Shown one piece after another: positions 1-10,905 of a stretch of 64,000 nt of DNA (the first letter of the stretch is position 1; each line of letters starts with the position of its first letter). Origin of the DNA: Callorhinchus milii (taxonomy: Eukaryota). The DNA is taken from contig NW_024704742.1 in assembly GCF_018977255.1 (NCBI RefSeq), forward strand, positions 44,208,001-44,272,000, written 5' to 3'. A program made the translations under genes and the position numbers. The notes beneath the pieces were generated by a model, which was not told the origin of the DNA, searched no databases, and saw only the letters and a program-made list of their open reading frames with translations.

Positions 1-324
1 CACACACACTGGCTCTCATACACACACGCAGGCTCACACACGCACACACTGGCGTTCTCACACACACACGCTGGCCCTCTCACACACACGTACACTGACT
101 CTCACACACACACACACACACACACTGGCTCACACACACACACAGGCTCTCACACACAAACACACAGGCTCCCTCACACACACACAGGCTCCCTCACACA
201 CACACAGGCTCCCTCACACACACAGGCTCTCACACACACACGCACACCCTGGCTCACACACAGGCTCTCACACACACACACACACTGGCTCTCTCTCTCT
301 CACACACACAAACACACACACTGG

Positions 325-379
<55 letters not shown>

Positions 380-380
380 G

Positions 381-414
<34 letters not shown>

Positions 415-416
415 GG

Positions 417-447
<31 letters not shown>

Positions 448-484
448 ACAGGCTCTCTCTCACACACACACACACACACACTGG

Positions 485-516
<32 letters not shown>

Positions 517-646
517 GGCTCTCTCACACACACACACACACACACGCTGGCTCTCACACACACACACACACTGGCTCTCTCTCTCTCACACACACAAACA
601 CACACACTGGCTCTCTCTCTCTCACACACACAAACACACACACTGG

Positions 647-681
<35 letters not shown>

Positions 682-722
682 ACTGGCTCTCTCTCTCTCA
701 CACACACAAACACACACACTGG

Positions 723-757
<35 letters not shown>

Positions 758-1172
758 ACAGGCTCTCCCACACACATTGGCTCTCACACTTACACTGGCT
801 CACACACACACACTGGCTCTTACACACATTGACTCACACACACACACTGGCTCTCATACACACACGCAGGCTCACACACGCACACACTGGCGTTCTCACA
901 CACACACGCTGGCCCTCTCACACACACGTACACTGACTCTCACACACACACACACACACACACTGGCTCACACACACACACACTGGCTCACACACACACA
1001 CACTGGCTCTCACACACACAGGCTCACACACACACACAGGCTCACACACACACATATATACACACACTGGCTCTCACACATAGCCACACATACACACGCT
1101 GGCTCTCACACACACACACACACACAGGCTCTCTCACACACACGCTGGCTCACACGCGCACACGTTGGCTCT
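1..1172. repeat. Compound (CA)n minisatellite with interspersed CTGGCTCT(CT) units
   Basis: Directly visible. 1-144 is repeated identically at 839-982. Confidence 0.97.
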
Positions 1173-1399
1173 CAACAACAACAACAAGATTCCATTTATG
1201 GAGCGCCTTTCACGTCGGGAGGACGTCCCAAGGCGCTGTACAGTTGGGTCAGGACCCGAGCAGGGGGGAAATGGTCAGGGTGAGGGGAGGGAAGGGAGGG
1301 AGCGAGGAGGGGGGAAATGGTCAGGGTGAGGGGAGGGAAGGGAGGGAGCGAGGAGGGGGTAGAGAGTCGAGAGGGGAGCTGAAGGCACGGTCAAAGAGA
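1173..1399 (-). mobile_element. L2-clade LINE 3' end, heavily 5'-truncated, with an internal 46-nt tandem duplication
   Basis: (CAA)n tail plus GCGCCTTTCACGTCGGGAGGACGTCCCAAGGCGC, near-identical to 38109-38290. The G-rich unit repeats at 1263-1308 and 1309-1354. Confidence 0.85.
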
Positions 1400-1530
1400 C
1401 ACACACACACACACCCTGGCTCACATACACACACACCCTGGCTCACACACACACACGCACACATTGTCACACACTCTCACTCTCACACACACTCACTCTC
1501 ACAAACTCACTCACTCTCTCACACACATTC
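1400..1530. repeat. (CA)n/(CACT)n low-complexity repeat
   Basis: Directly visible. Confidence 0.9.
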
Positions 1531-1533
1531 CTT

Positions 1534-1627
1534 GTGACTGTCAGTTGTGGCGGGGCCTCCCGGGCTTCCTGCTCACTAACCAGGTCCATGTCATGTAGTT
1601 CCGTGTCTGCGCTCTGTGTCTGTGTGT
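1534..1627 (+). promoter_or_regulatory. Candidate core promoter / non-coding first exon of the STIM gene
   Basis: Only unique sequence between two minisatellites. Contains GC box GGCGGGGC, ETS-like CTTCCTG and GTTCCG, and ends at a consensus donor GTAAGT (1628-1633). TSS position is inferred. Confidence 0.45.
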
Positions 1628-1633
1628 GTAAGT

Positions 1634-3185
1634 GTCTGTGTGTCCTCTCCCCCTGTGCAGTCTGTGTGTGTGTGTCTGTGTGTGTTCTCCCCCCCCTGTG
1701 CAGCCTGTGTGTGTGTGTGTGTGTGTGTCACCCTCTCCCCCTGTGTGTGTGTGTGTCCCTCCCTCTCCCCCTGTGTGTGTGTCTGTGTGTGTTCTCCCCC
1801 CCTGTGCAGCCTGTGTGTGTGTGTGTCCTCTCCCCCTGTGTCTGTGTGTGTGTGTGTCCTCTCCCCCTGTGTCTGTGTGTGTGTGTGTCCTCTCTCCCTG
1901 TGTCTGTGTGTGTGTGTGTGTCCTCTCCCCCTGTGTGTGTGTGTGTGTCCTCTCTCCCTGTGTCTGTGTGTGTGTGTGTGTCCTCTCCCCCTGTGTGTGT
2001 GTGTGTGTGTGTCCTCTCTCCCTGTGTCTGTGTGTGTGTGTGTGTCCTCTCCCCCTGTGTGTGTGTGTGTGTGTGTCCTCTCTCCCTGTGTGTGTGTGTG
2101 TGTGTGTCCTCTCTCCCTGTGTCTGTGTGTGTGTGTGTCCTCTCTCCCTGTGTCTGTGTGGGTGTGTGTCCTCTCCCCCTGTGTCTGTGTGTGTGTGTGT
2201 CCTCTCCCCCTGTGTCTGTGTGTGTGTGTGTGTCCTCTCCCCCTGTGTCTGTGTGTGTGTGTGTGTCCTCTCCCCCTGTGTGTGTGTGTGTGTCCTCTCT
2301 CCCTGTGTCTGTGTGTGTGTGTGTGTCCTCTCCCCCTGTGTGTGTGTGTGTGTGTGTCCTCTCTCCCTGTGTCTGTGTGTGTGTGTGTGTCCTCTCCCCC
2401 TGTGTGTGTGTGTGTGTGTGTCCTCTCTCCCTGTGTGTGTGTGTGTGTGTGTGTCCTCTCTCCCTGTGTCTGTGTGTGTGTGTGTCCTCTCTCCCTGTGT
2501 CTGTGTGGGTGTGTGTCCTCTCCCCCTGTGTCTGTGTGTGTGTGTGTCCTCTCTCCCTGTGTCTGTGTGTGTGTGTGTGCCTCTCCCCTGTGTGTGTGTG
2601 TGTGTGTGTCCTCTCTCCTGTGTCTGTGTGTGTGTGTGTCCTCTCTCCCTGTGTCTGTGTGTGTGTGTGTCCTCTCCCCCTGTGTCTGTGTGTGTGTGTG
2701 TCCTCTCTCCCTGTGTCTGTGTGGGTGTGTGTCCTCTCCCCCTGTGTGTGTGTCTGTGTGTGTCCTCTCCCCCTGTGTCTGTGTGTGTGTGTGTCCTCTC
2801 TCCCTGTGTCTGTGTGGGTGTGTGTCCTCTCCCCCTGTGTGTGTGTGTCCTCTCCCCCTGTGTGTGTGTCTGTGTGTGTCCTCTCCCCCTGTGTCTGTGT
2901 GTGTGTCCTCTCCCCTGTGTGTGTGTGTGTCCTCTCCCCCTGTGTCTGTGTGTGTGTGTGTGTCCTCTCTCCCTGTGTCTGTGTGGGTGTGTGTCCTCTC
3001 CCCCTGTGTGTGTGTGTCCTCTCCCCCTGTGTGTGTGTCTGTGTGTGTCCTCTCCCCTGTGTATGTGTGTGTGTCCTTGTGTGTGTGTGTCCTCTCCCCC
3101 TGTGTCTGTGTGTGTGTGTGTGTCCTCTCCCCCTGTATCTGTGTGGGTGTGCGTCCTCTCCCCCTGTGTGTGGTGTGTGCGTGTG
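1634..3185. repeat. (GT)n compound minisatellite, unit CCTCTC(C/T)CCCTGTGT(CT)(GT)n
   Basis: Directly visible. The + strand has no adenine from 1809 to 3062. Confidence 0.97.
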
Positions 3186-3610
3186 CCGCCCCCCCCCAGG
3201 GGGTCAGTTCGCTGTGTGACCTCCCGGTGCTGTGACTGACTGCTCTCTCACCCTCCCTCCCTCCCTGCAGACCCGGTGCGGTGTGGAGCCGCGGACCATG
3301 GGCGGGAGGCGGTGTTTGCTGCTGTCTCTGATCGGGCTGAGTGTCTGCGTGTCCGCCGGACCCGCACAGCCCCAGTCAGCGGGACCCGCACAGCCCACAG
3401 CCGGAGATCCGGATCCCGCTGAAGGTAATCGCCTGTTAACCGCAACTCCGCTCTCATGTTTGAGGCGTCTTCTGAAAGCGTATTTGAAGGAGTCGGGTCT
3501 TTTCCCTGAAAAAAAGGGGACACTCAATAATTACAACCCGTGAGGAATGTGGAGTCCTTTTTGACTCGCGGGATACCCGCCAGGGAGGGAGGGAGGGAGG
3601 GGGGGGAGGG
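3186..3610. promoter_or_regulatory. CpG-rich island-like region around the first coding exon
   Basis: Many CpGs and high GC content compared with the CpG-poor, AT-rich remainder. Judged by eye, not computed. Confidence 0.6.
3298..3424 (+). CDS. STIM2: STIM-family first coding exon: signal peptide and luminal N-terminus (MGGRRCLLLSLIGLSVCVSAGPAQPQSAGPAQPTAGDPDPAE), phase-1 donor
   Basis: Strong Kozak ACCATGG and a hydrophobic signal peptide. Donor G|GTAATC at 3425. The 127 nt join in frame to the 131-nt EF-hand exon at 34480. Paralog name is tentative. Confidence 0.8.
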
Positions 3611-4080
3611 TGGAGCTGTTTATCCGCACTGGTACAGCTGTGGCAAAGGTGCAGTGCTCCTGGTTTGGGTTCGCAGAAGTCTTGGGGGTGGGGGAGGGTT
3701 CCCAGTTCCCGTTATAGTTGGAGATCTCCAAAAGATGTTGTCGGTGAATGTGAATGGTGCCGCTGTGATGGCAAATAGATACCATTAATTTTTTGAGTTT
3801 CCGTTTGGGGCTGTTTTTCACGGCAGTGAAAAGGGCTCAAACAATGTGCTAGAGAGGTGCTAAATGTCGCTGAAGAGTGCCCCCCTCCCCCTCCCCGGGG
3901 GCAGAGAGGATTCTGCATTGAGTTCTTAATGCCCTAAGAATGAGTAGAATATAAACTTAAGTCCTTTTTTTTTCTATTTGCGATATTTATATACATATAT
4001 ATGTATTTATTTATATATGTATTTGTGATGCCACACATCACTTTGCATCTGGCGTTGGTGTAGTCCCACTTCCCTTAATG

Positions 4081-4393
4081 ATAATAATAATCCTTGCATT
4101 TGATATAGTGCTTTTCACGTCGGGAGGACGTCCCAAAGCGTTTCACAGAACACACTGTAAAATGAGTTGACTGTATATTTGTGGGCGAACGCGGCAGCCA
4201 ATTGCGCACAGCAATATCCCACAAACAGTCGTAGATTGAAAATGACCAATTTATTATTGTTTTTGGTTTTTGGAGGGATTATTATTAGGTATGTGGAGTA
4301 AGGAAACTTGCCCAAGGTATCTCCCTGCCTGGAATTGAACTCGGGTCTCTCGCTTGCAAAGCGAGTGCTCTAATCACTGAGCCACAGGACTCC
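4081..4393 (-). mobile_element. Young tRNA-Ala-derived SINE, full length
   Basis: Head with A box (GGCTCAGTG), anticodon arm CTCGC-TTTGCAA-GCGAG and B box GTTCAATTCC. L2-like tail plus (ATT)n. Near-identical to the other young copies. Confidence 0.93.
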
Positions 4394-5039
4394 CCTTGAA
4401 GAGTGTGGAGGCTCTGCTGTGGTTTGTAAGGGTGTGAGTTCCTGCTTCTAATATCTACCATTTGGTTGCATTATGCAGTGAAATAAAGCCAACACCACCA
4501 CTGCATCTTCAATGGCAGGAATTAGTTTCAAATGACACACAAATGTAAATTTCCTCTGCCCCCACTACCAGCAAAAGGTGAAACTTCCTACAGACCAAAT
4601 AAAGACATTACCACTCTTTCCATCTGTCTACTTCATACACAATAGGCACAAGCTGGAGTAACTTTCAGCAGAAACATCTCAGGCTTATAGCTGTCACCCG
4701 AACCACTCTATGTGGGGAAAAAACAAAACTTTTTTACATTTGCAGAGCCCATTTTTTGTTCTAGATTTAATGGACACTGAATGAATAATTGTGTTTTTAT
4801 AATTCCTTTTTGCAATTGTCTGTTGGTTTGCTGAATCCAAATCTGGAAATGTGATACGATGGAGTAGTGAAGTCACAGGTTGATGGGAATGTATAACACT
4901 GAAGGCAAAATGTTGATGGGCATTCTGTTTGGATGAGAAGCAGCATTGTGTCTCTGACTGTCCACTTGTGAGGCAGTTTTAAAGCCATAAATTGGTGTGG
5001 TCACATGGGGATTATATTGGAGGTTATTATAATGAAATT

Positions 5040-5320
5040 AATAATAATTAATCCTTGCATTTAATAAGCAACGTTCACATCAAGAGAACATTTCACAAAG
5101 TGAATGCACAGTTTTATCTGGGGGTTGTTGGCTAGGAAGGATACTAGGAGAAAATATATTTTCAAATTGTGCTAGGACAGGACCTGAACAGGCAGACGGG
5201 ATCTCGGTTTAACGTCTCATGAAGGATAGCACCTCCAACAATACAGCGCATGCCAGTCTATACTTGTGAGACATGAAGTTTGAGCCCACAGGCAAGAATA
5301 CCAACTATGCCAGGCTGGCC
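5040..5320 (-). mobile_element. Old, internally deleted Deu-domain SINE
   Basis: CCTGAACAGGCAGACGG...GGTTTAACGTCTCAT matches 55733-56178 in reverse. Confidence 0.6.
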
Positions 5321-5359
5321 TGTAGCCAGAATGCTGTTGCAAGATGCTCTTAAACAGTC

Positions 5360-6010
5360 TCGTCAAATGCCTTACCCCATCCTACCTCTGTGACCTTACT
5401 GCTCCATATTCCCTTGAGTCTGCTTAATATCTTCCATAATAATAATCCTTGCATTTGAGAGGACGTCCCAAAGCGCTTCACAGAACACACTGTAAAGTGA
5501 ATTGACTGTATATTTGTGGGCGAACGCGGCAGCCAATTGCGCACAGCAATGTCCCACAAACAGTCGTAGATTGAAAATGACCAATTTTATTATTGTTTTT
5601 GGTTTTGGAGGGATTATTATTAGGTGTGTGGAGTAAGGAAACTTGCCCAAGGTTTCGCCCTGCCTGGAATTGAACTCAGGTCTCTTGCTTGCAAAGCGAG
5701 TGCTCTAACCACTGAGCTACAGGACTCCATATGCTCCACCCTACTACCATCAGTGAGTGAGATGTGACATGTCCTCTTGCTGTGTGGAATTCCACTCCAG
5801 AGTCCCTCCATCTTGCCTCACCCTCTTTGCCTTCAAAAATGTCCTCAAGTCCTGTCTCTTTGATTGTGCTTTTAGCCACCTATCTCCATCTCAGTTGCCA
5901 TCAATGGAAAAGGTGACTGAAGGCCGAGTCACCAACCCAGCTCAGGCTCTCAGTCAGTTGTGTTATGTGCTTTGAGACATCATCCTAATATATAAATGCT
6001 AGTTATTGTA
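5360..6010 (+). mobile_element. Old L2 3' fragment interrupted by a young SINE
   Basis: TCCTACCTCT...TGGAATTCC...TTCAAAAATGTCCTCAAGTCCTGTCTCTTT resembles the L2 ORF2 end on both sides of the SINE. Confidence 0.6.
5436..5729 (-). mobile_element. Young tRNA-Ala SINE with a 20-nt deletion in the tail
   Basis: Same family as 4081. Lacks TATAGCGCTTTTCACGTCGG. Confidence 0.93.
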
Positions 6011-6683
6011 ACAAGAAGATGATTAAAGAAAGCAAACTCATCTTTTTAACCGGTAATCATCATTCCATTATTCTGCTGCCACCTCTTTCTCTGGCTTCTT
6101 TGTTCAATAACCAGGACTTTCTGTCCTGGAAGGAAGAAATTTCTGCTGAAGATAGCCTTAATATTTTAAAGCGCAATTCGACAAATGAACAGTTTGCCTC
6201 TTATGGTATTTAACAATACTGGTTGGGGGTGGGGTGGGAGGAGGAAGGAGGAGGAAATGTGATCTGATTGTTATCGCAAGGCCAGATAATAATTGCATTT
6301 TATCACATGATTTTTTTTGCAGTTTTTTTGCTTCAGTGGTTTCAGGTTGGAACCTGTGCTCTCCCGCCAACCTTTGGAGAATGCTTTCTCTTCACTCCAG
6401 TAGAACTAATTTAGAGCAATCTTGAATTTTAACAAATCTGATGGAAGCCTTTGTTTTTGGATTTCTAGTGAAACATTTATTTTAATATAAAATATTAACT
6501 TTTAAAATTAGTTTTCGATAACTATCTGCGAAAAAAGCACAAAATCATTGCCATAATGAGCTGATCCATGTGATAATGATTATATCAGATAACTCACTTC
6601 TCCCCTGTTTTTCTCATGACAGTATCACTCCACGCACAATAAGATTATTAGGGCACTACACAGGGTTTAAATGCTAAACATTA

Positions 6684-6905
6684 TGTTGAAATTCAAGGGA
6701 TTGAAAAAGAATCAGAGGGAAGACGAGAATTTTTTTTACCCATAGACTTCTTATGATCTGGAGTGCAGCTTTCAGTAGGGAGTTGTATGTGAGAAGGAAA
6801 AAAAACAGTGCTATGAGGTAAGAGCGGGGGAGTGGTACCATAGTTCTTTCAAAGAGCTGGCACAGGAACGATAGGCCGAATGGCCTCCTTCTGTACTCCT
6901 TTAAT
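6684..6905 (+). mobile_element. CR1-clade LINE 3' end
   Basis: Tail GATAGGCCGAATGGCCTCCTTCTGT typical of cartilaginous-fish CR1, preceded by a degenerate ORF2 end. Confidence 0.7.
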
Positions 6906-7924
6906 ATTCTATGAGACTGCCACAAGGTGGAGATTAAACTACAGCTGTTGTGCTGCACAGTACAGGCTGTTACTGTTATTCCAGGAACAGATCCTGTCTA
7001 TAGAATCCTCTAATCTGGTGACAGTAGCCCTTTCATTTTAGATTTCATGTAGGATTAAGATCACTTGTTTTGGTAGATGAAACATTTATAGGAAGTACTG
7101 TCTGGCCTTGACGCATTCAATTACATTTTTATTATGGAAATCATTAACTGGCACAGTTGACTAAGAAAGGAACTGAATTAAACTGTACAAATGTGAAAGT
7201 AGGAAATTGGTCTATTAACTCTAATTGCTACATATACAATATCAACACAGGATCAGAATAAAAAAATACTTGGATATTACGGTGGTGTTATGCTGAACCA
7301 ATTAGTGCAACACACCACTAGAATTTGGCATTTGGCCAGTGATATGAGCAGGGAATGGGGGGCGGGGAACAGAAAGGTAGGGTTCTAGACATGCACATTG
7401 AGTGCATGCAATGCTGTTTGCAAGTCTGAATGCTAGTGCAATTTTTTTTCTGATTGAATAATGTTTTTTAATGACCACACAATATACAATCATTTCACTT
7501 TACAGTATAATCTGTGAAGTACTTTGAGATGTCTCAAAGATGTGATAAGGCTCTATATCAAATGCAAGAATTATTATTATATGTTGTTTTTCTTATGAGG
7601 AATGCTGGACTGGCAATACTGTTTTTCTCTTTTTTCCTTGAAGGTAATTAAAGGTGGGGGGGTGGGGCTAAAAAGTGCACTTGCATTTAATTCAGAGCTT
7701 TTTATGTCAGGTGTATGTCTCAAAGCGCTTCACAGTAATGTGAAGTGTAGTCACTGTGTTTTGTAGGTGAACAAAGTGAGAGCAACTCACTAACTGGTGC
7801 CACGAGACATGCTTTTACTGAGATAGCAGAGGAAGCTTGGCTGCATCTGACTGATTCTTGCCTGATTATTACGATTGTCGATTTGTCTCAGTTTTGTGCC
7901 CGACAAGTGAAATAAATGTCATCG

Positions 7925-8164
7925 TAATAATAATAATCCTTGCATTTGATATAGCGCTTTTCACGTCAGGAGGACGTCCCAAAGCGCTTCACAGAACACA
8001 CTGTAAAGTGAATTGACTGTATATTTGTGGGCGAACGCAGCAGCCAATTGCGCACACCAATGTCCCACAAACAGTCGTAGATTGAAAATGACCAATTTTT
8101 TTTTTTTGAGGGATTATTATTAGGCGTGTGGAGTAAGGAAACTTGCCCAAGGTTTCGCCCTGAC
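7925..8164 (-). mobile_element. Young SINE, 5'-truncated (tRNA head missing)
   Basis: Matches the family from CAGGGCGAAACC to the (ATT)n tail. Confidence 0.9.
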
Positions 8165-9566
8165 TTGCCTGTAATATTCAAATAGTTTGGCTATGTTTGT
8201 GCAATCTGAAAAAATAATTGATTTTCACCAACTGTAATTATCAGTAATGTATTTTTTAGCAGGGCACACACATTTTAGGCTCTGTTCACACAGGGAAGGT
8301 AAATATTTTTCATGATAATCAATACTGGATAGAATAATAGTAAATATGCTGTGTGACAAGCCTGTAACACAACCAAGCCAAGGCTTAGGTAACCTCCTAA
8401 ATCATGTGTAGATCAACACATCTTGCGTTAGAGCGACACAGCAGGTTATTTTTACTGTTCTTAAGGACTGTCACACAACTGTCTTAATATAATACATGAT
8501 AATACATTGTATTTTAAAAAAATCCTTTATAAGTTTCTGGGTGGTCCATTATTTTGGGAGGAACTGGTTTAAATAGACATTATGAAGAGCAGATTGAACT
8601 CAGTTTGTTTAGGGAATGGGCTTGATACATCAAATGAGCTTGTTAGTTTCCTTGTTTTCTTACATTTTTATGACAGGAAGAGGGTGTGGAACACACTTCT
8701 TTGCAGCACCCCACATGAAACAGAAGAGCATGCAAAAGTTTTTTTTTGTGTTGCAAGATGTTTAGCACTATGCACTATGTTTAACGTTGCTATTGTTCAG
8801 CACGTTTTTTGTAAAATGTGACTGCAATCATTCTTTCATTTAGAAAATTCCATTTTATATTGGGAGTATTTTTACAGTTAAATAATATTTCACAAATTTT
8901 TTAAAAGTGGTTTTACATAGCCTATCATAGCGTGGAACAAATTTAGTGTCAGCAAAAGATTGGCACGATTGGAAAATAACATATATCCCAGTTTCTGCTG
9001 TTCACTATAATTGCCTCTTTCAAAGACTTTTTCTTTGGTAAATATCGTAAAAAAAAGTACTCTCTTCCTGTGATATGCGGGGCATTTGCAACTTATCCAT
9101 TGGAATTCTAAACGTGTTTCATAGTGTGAGGTGCGTAATAAAGAACTGATGTCATCTCTCAATTGGAAATTCTGTTCATATTGATAGTCAGTTGCTTTTG
9201 CTGTTAGATTTTTTTGTTCTTAAAAGAGTTTTCTTTATCGCTGTATGAGGAGCTACAGTTTTAAAATCTAAAGATAAATTTAAATCTAATCTAAAGGTAA
9301 GACCCTCTCAGCAATAACTGTTCCTGAGGACCACCAGATTGCCCACTTTTATTGTATGGAGGATACATGTGTATATATCTCTGTGGTTGTCTTACTTATC
9401 ACCAGCATTGGTTATCAACAAATTACCCAGCTCAGAGGTTATGTAGAATTTAATCTGTAAGCGGTTACTTGCTAGTATTAAAGGTTTTGGGCAAATTTTC
9501 AAAAAACGTTGTGTTATATTCTACAGTGTATGGATAACATAGCAGGATACATAATTATGCGTCATT

Positions 9567-9877
9567 TCCTGTAGCTCAGTGGTTAGAGCACTCGCTTTGC
9601 AAGTGAGAGACCTGAGTTCAATTCCAGTCAGGGCGAAACCTTGGGCAAGTTTCCTCACTCCACACACCTAATAATAATCCCTCCAAAACCCAAAACAATA
9701 ATAAATTGGTCATTTTCAATCTACGACTGTTTGTGGGACATTGCTGTGCGCAATTGGCTGCCGCGTTGGCCCACAAATATACAGTCAACTCACTTTACAG
9801 TGTGTTCTGTGAAGCGCTTTGGGACGTCCTCCCGACGTGAAAAGCACTATATCAAATGCAAGGATTATTATTATTAT
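9567..9877 (+). mobile_element. Young tRNA-Ala SINE, the only sense-oriented young copy
   Basis: TCCTGTAGCTCAGTGGTTAGAGC...GCAAGGATTATTATT. Confidence 0.93.
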
Positions 9878-10838
9878 ATCCAGATTGTTTAGGGTAAAAT
9901 AACCTTAGAGGAATGTTGAATAAACGGAAGTCCATGAGATTTCTTTGCTCAAAAAAACAGGAAAGGGTTTTAATAGATCCATTTCTTAAATTACATAACA
10001 AATGCGCTTTAGAGGCATTATCGCTCTATGGTTCCTGTCAAAAACACCTGTGAAGCAAATAACATTTACTAAATAACACTTTCTGCAGGGAAAGCCCTAT
10101 ATTTTAGCTCAAGCCTGAGATCTCATTGGAGCCAAAGTTTTGTGAGTCTGCATGCTGTTCAGGGGAGTCCCTACTGATTATGTTGTGGGCACTTTTGCCC
10201 TTGGCCACACAGCAGCGATTTTAAAGATTCCAATTTCATTCTTAATTTGTTTTTATTTTGATTGGTTTTATTCTGTATTCTGCAAAATTGAAACCATTCC
10301 AAGTAACTTATTCTGTAACCTTAAAACTTGTTGTGCCAAACTGGCTTTAGAAACAGCTGCAGAACAGTAAAAAGTTTTCCAAGGGAAAAAAAATCATAAC
10401 TACTTGTACTGTAACTGATATGTTGCTCAGACAGATAATTCAATGTGGCTTATTATACAACATGTTCTGACACTTAATTCTAAAGGCGACTTTGATATAG
10501 CACCTTATCACGTCTTTGAGACGTCTCAAAGCACTTCACAGAATATACTGCAAAGTGAATTTACTGTATATTTTGTGGGCAAATAATAACGCTAATATTA
10601 AAAATGAAAGAAAAGAAGGGAGTCTGTCCTGCTTTCCTAATCAACAATTCTCTAAATAAAATTGGTCATTCACTTAATAGTTGTTTGCAGAACATTTTTT
10701 GTGCACAAATTGGCTACTCCATTTACCTACAAATACATAGTCACTATAATTTACAGAAACTTTGTGAAGCGATTTGAGACCTTCTCAGCATTATAGGCAT
10801 TGTATCAAATGCAAAGATTATTACTATATTACTATTAG

Positions 10839-10905
10839 GTCCAGTGCCTTGGGACGTCCTCCTGACGTGAAAGGCGCTATACAAATGTAATCTTGTTGTT
10901 GTTGT
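10839..10905 (+). mobile_element. Ultra-short L2 tail insertion
   Basis: GTCCAGTGCCTTGGGACGTCCTCCTGACGTGAAAGGCGCTATACAAATG...(GTT)n matches the end of 24224-24642. Confidence 0.8.

Noticed and set aside
1634..3185. CRISPR-like repeat/spacer periodicity
   Set aside because: The spacers are just (GT)n, the context is eukaryotic, and there are no cas genes.
300..3239. Long Cys/Val- and His/Thr-rich ORFs (139-561 aa)
   Set aside because: They are translations of CA/GT minisatellites. The GT array is open in all three + frames simply because it lacks adenine.
3425..3543. ORF 3232-3543 continuing past the donor
   Set aside because: Read-through into intron. The in-frame splice to 34480 explains the gene.
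4315..4393. tRNA-Ala(TGC)-like sequences here and in other copies
   Set aside because: These are SINE heads. The acceptor stem does not close and each is fused to the same body and tail.
9641..9892. Recurrent MGKFPYST.../WSFSIYDCLWDIAVRNWLPR ORFs
   Set aside because: Incidental translations of SINE copies with variable frames.
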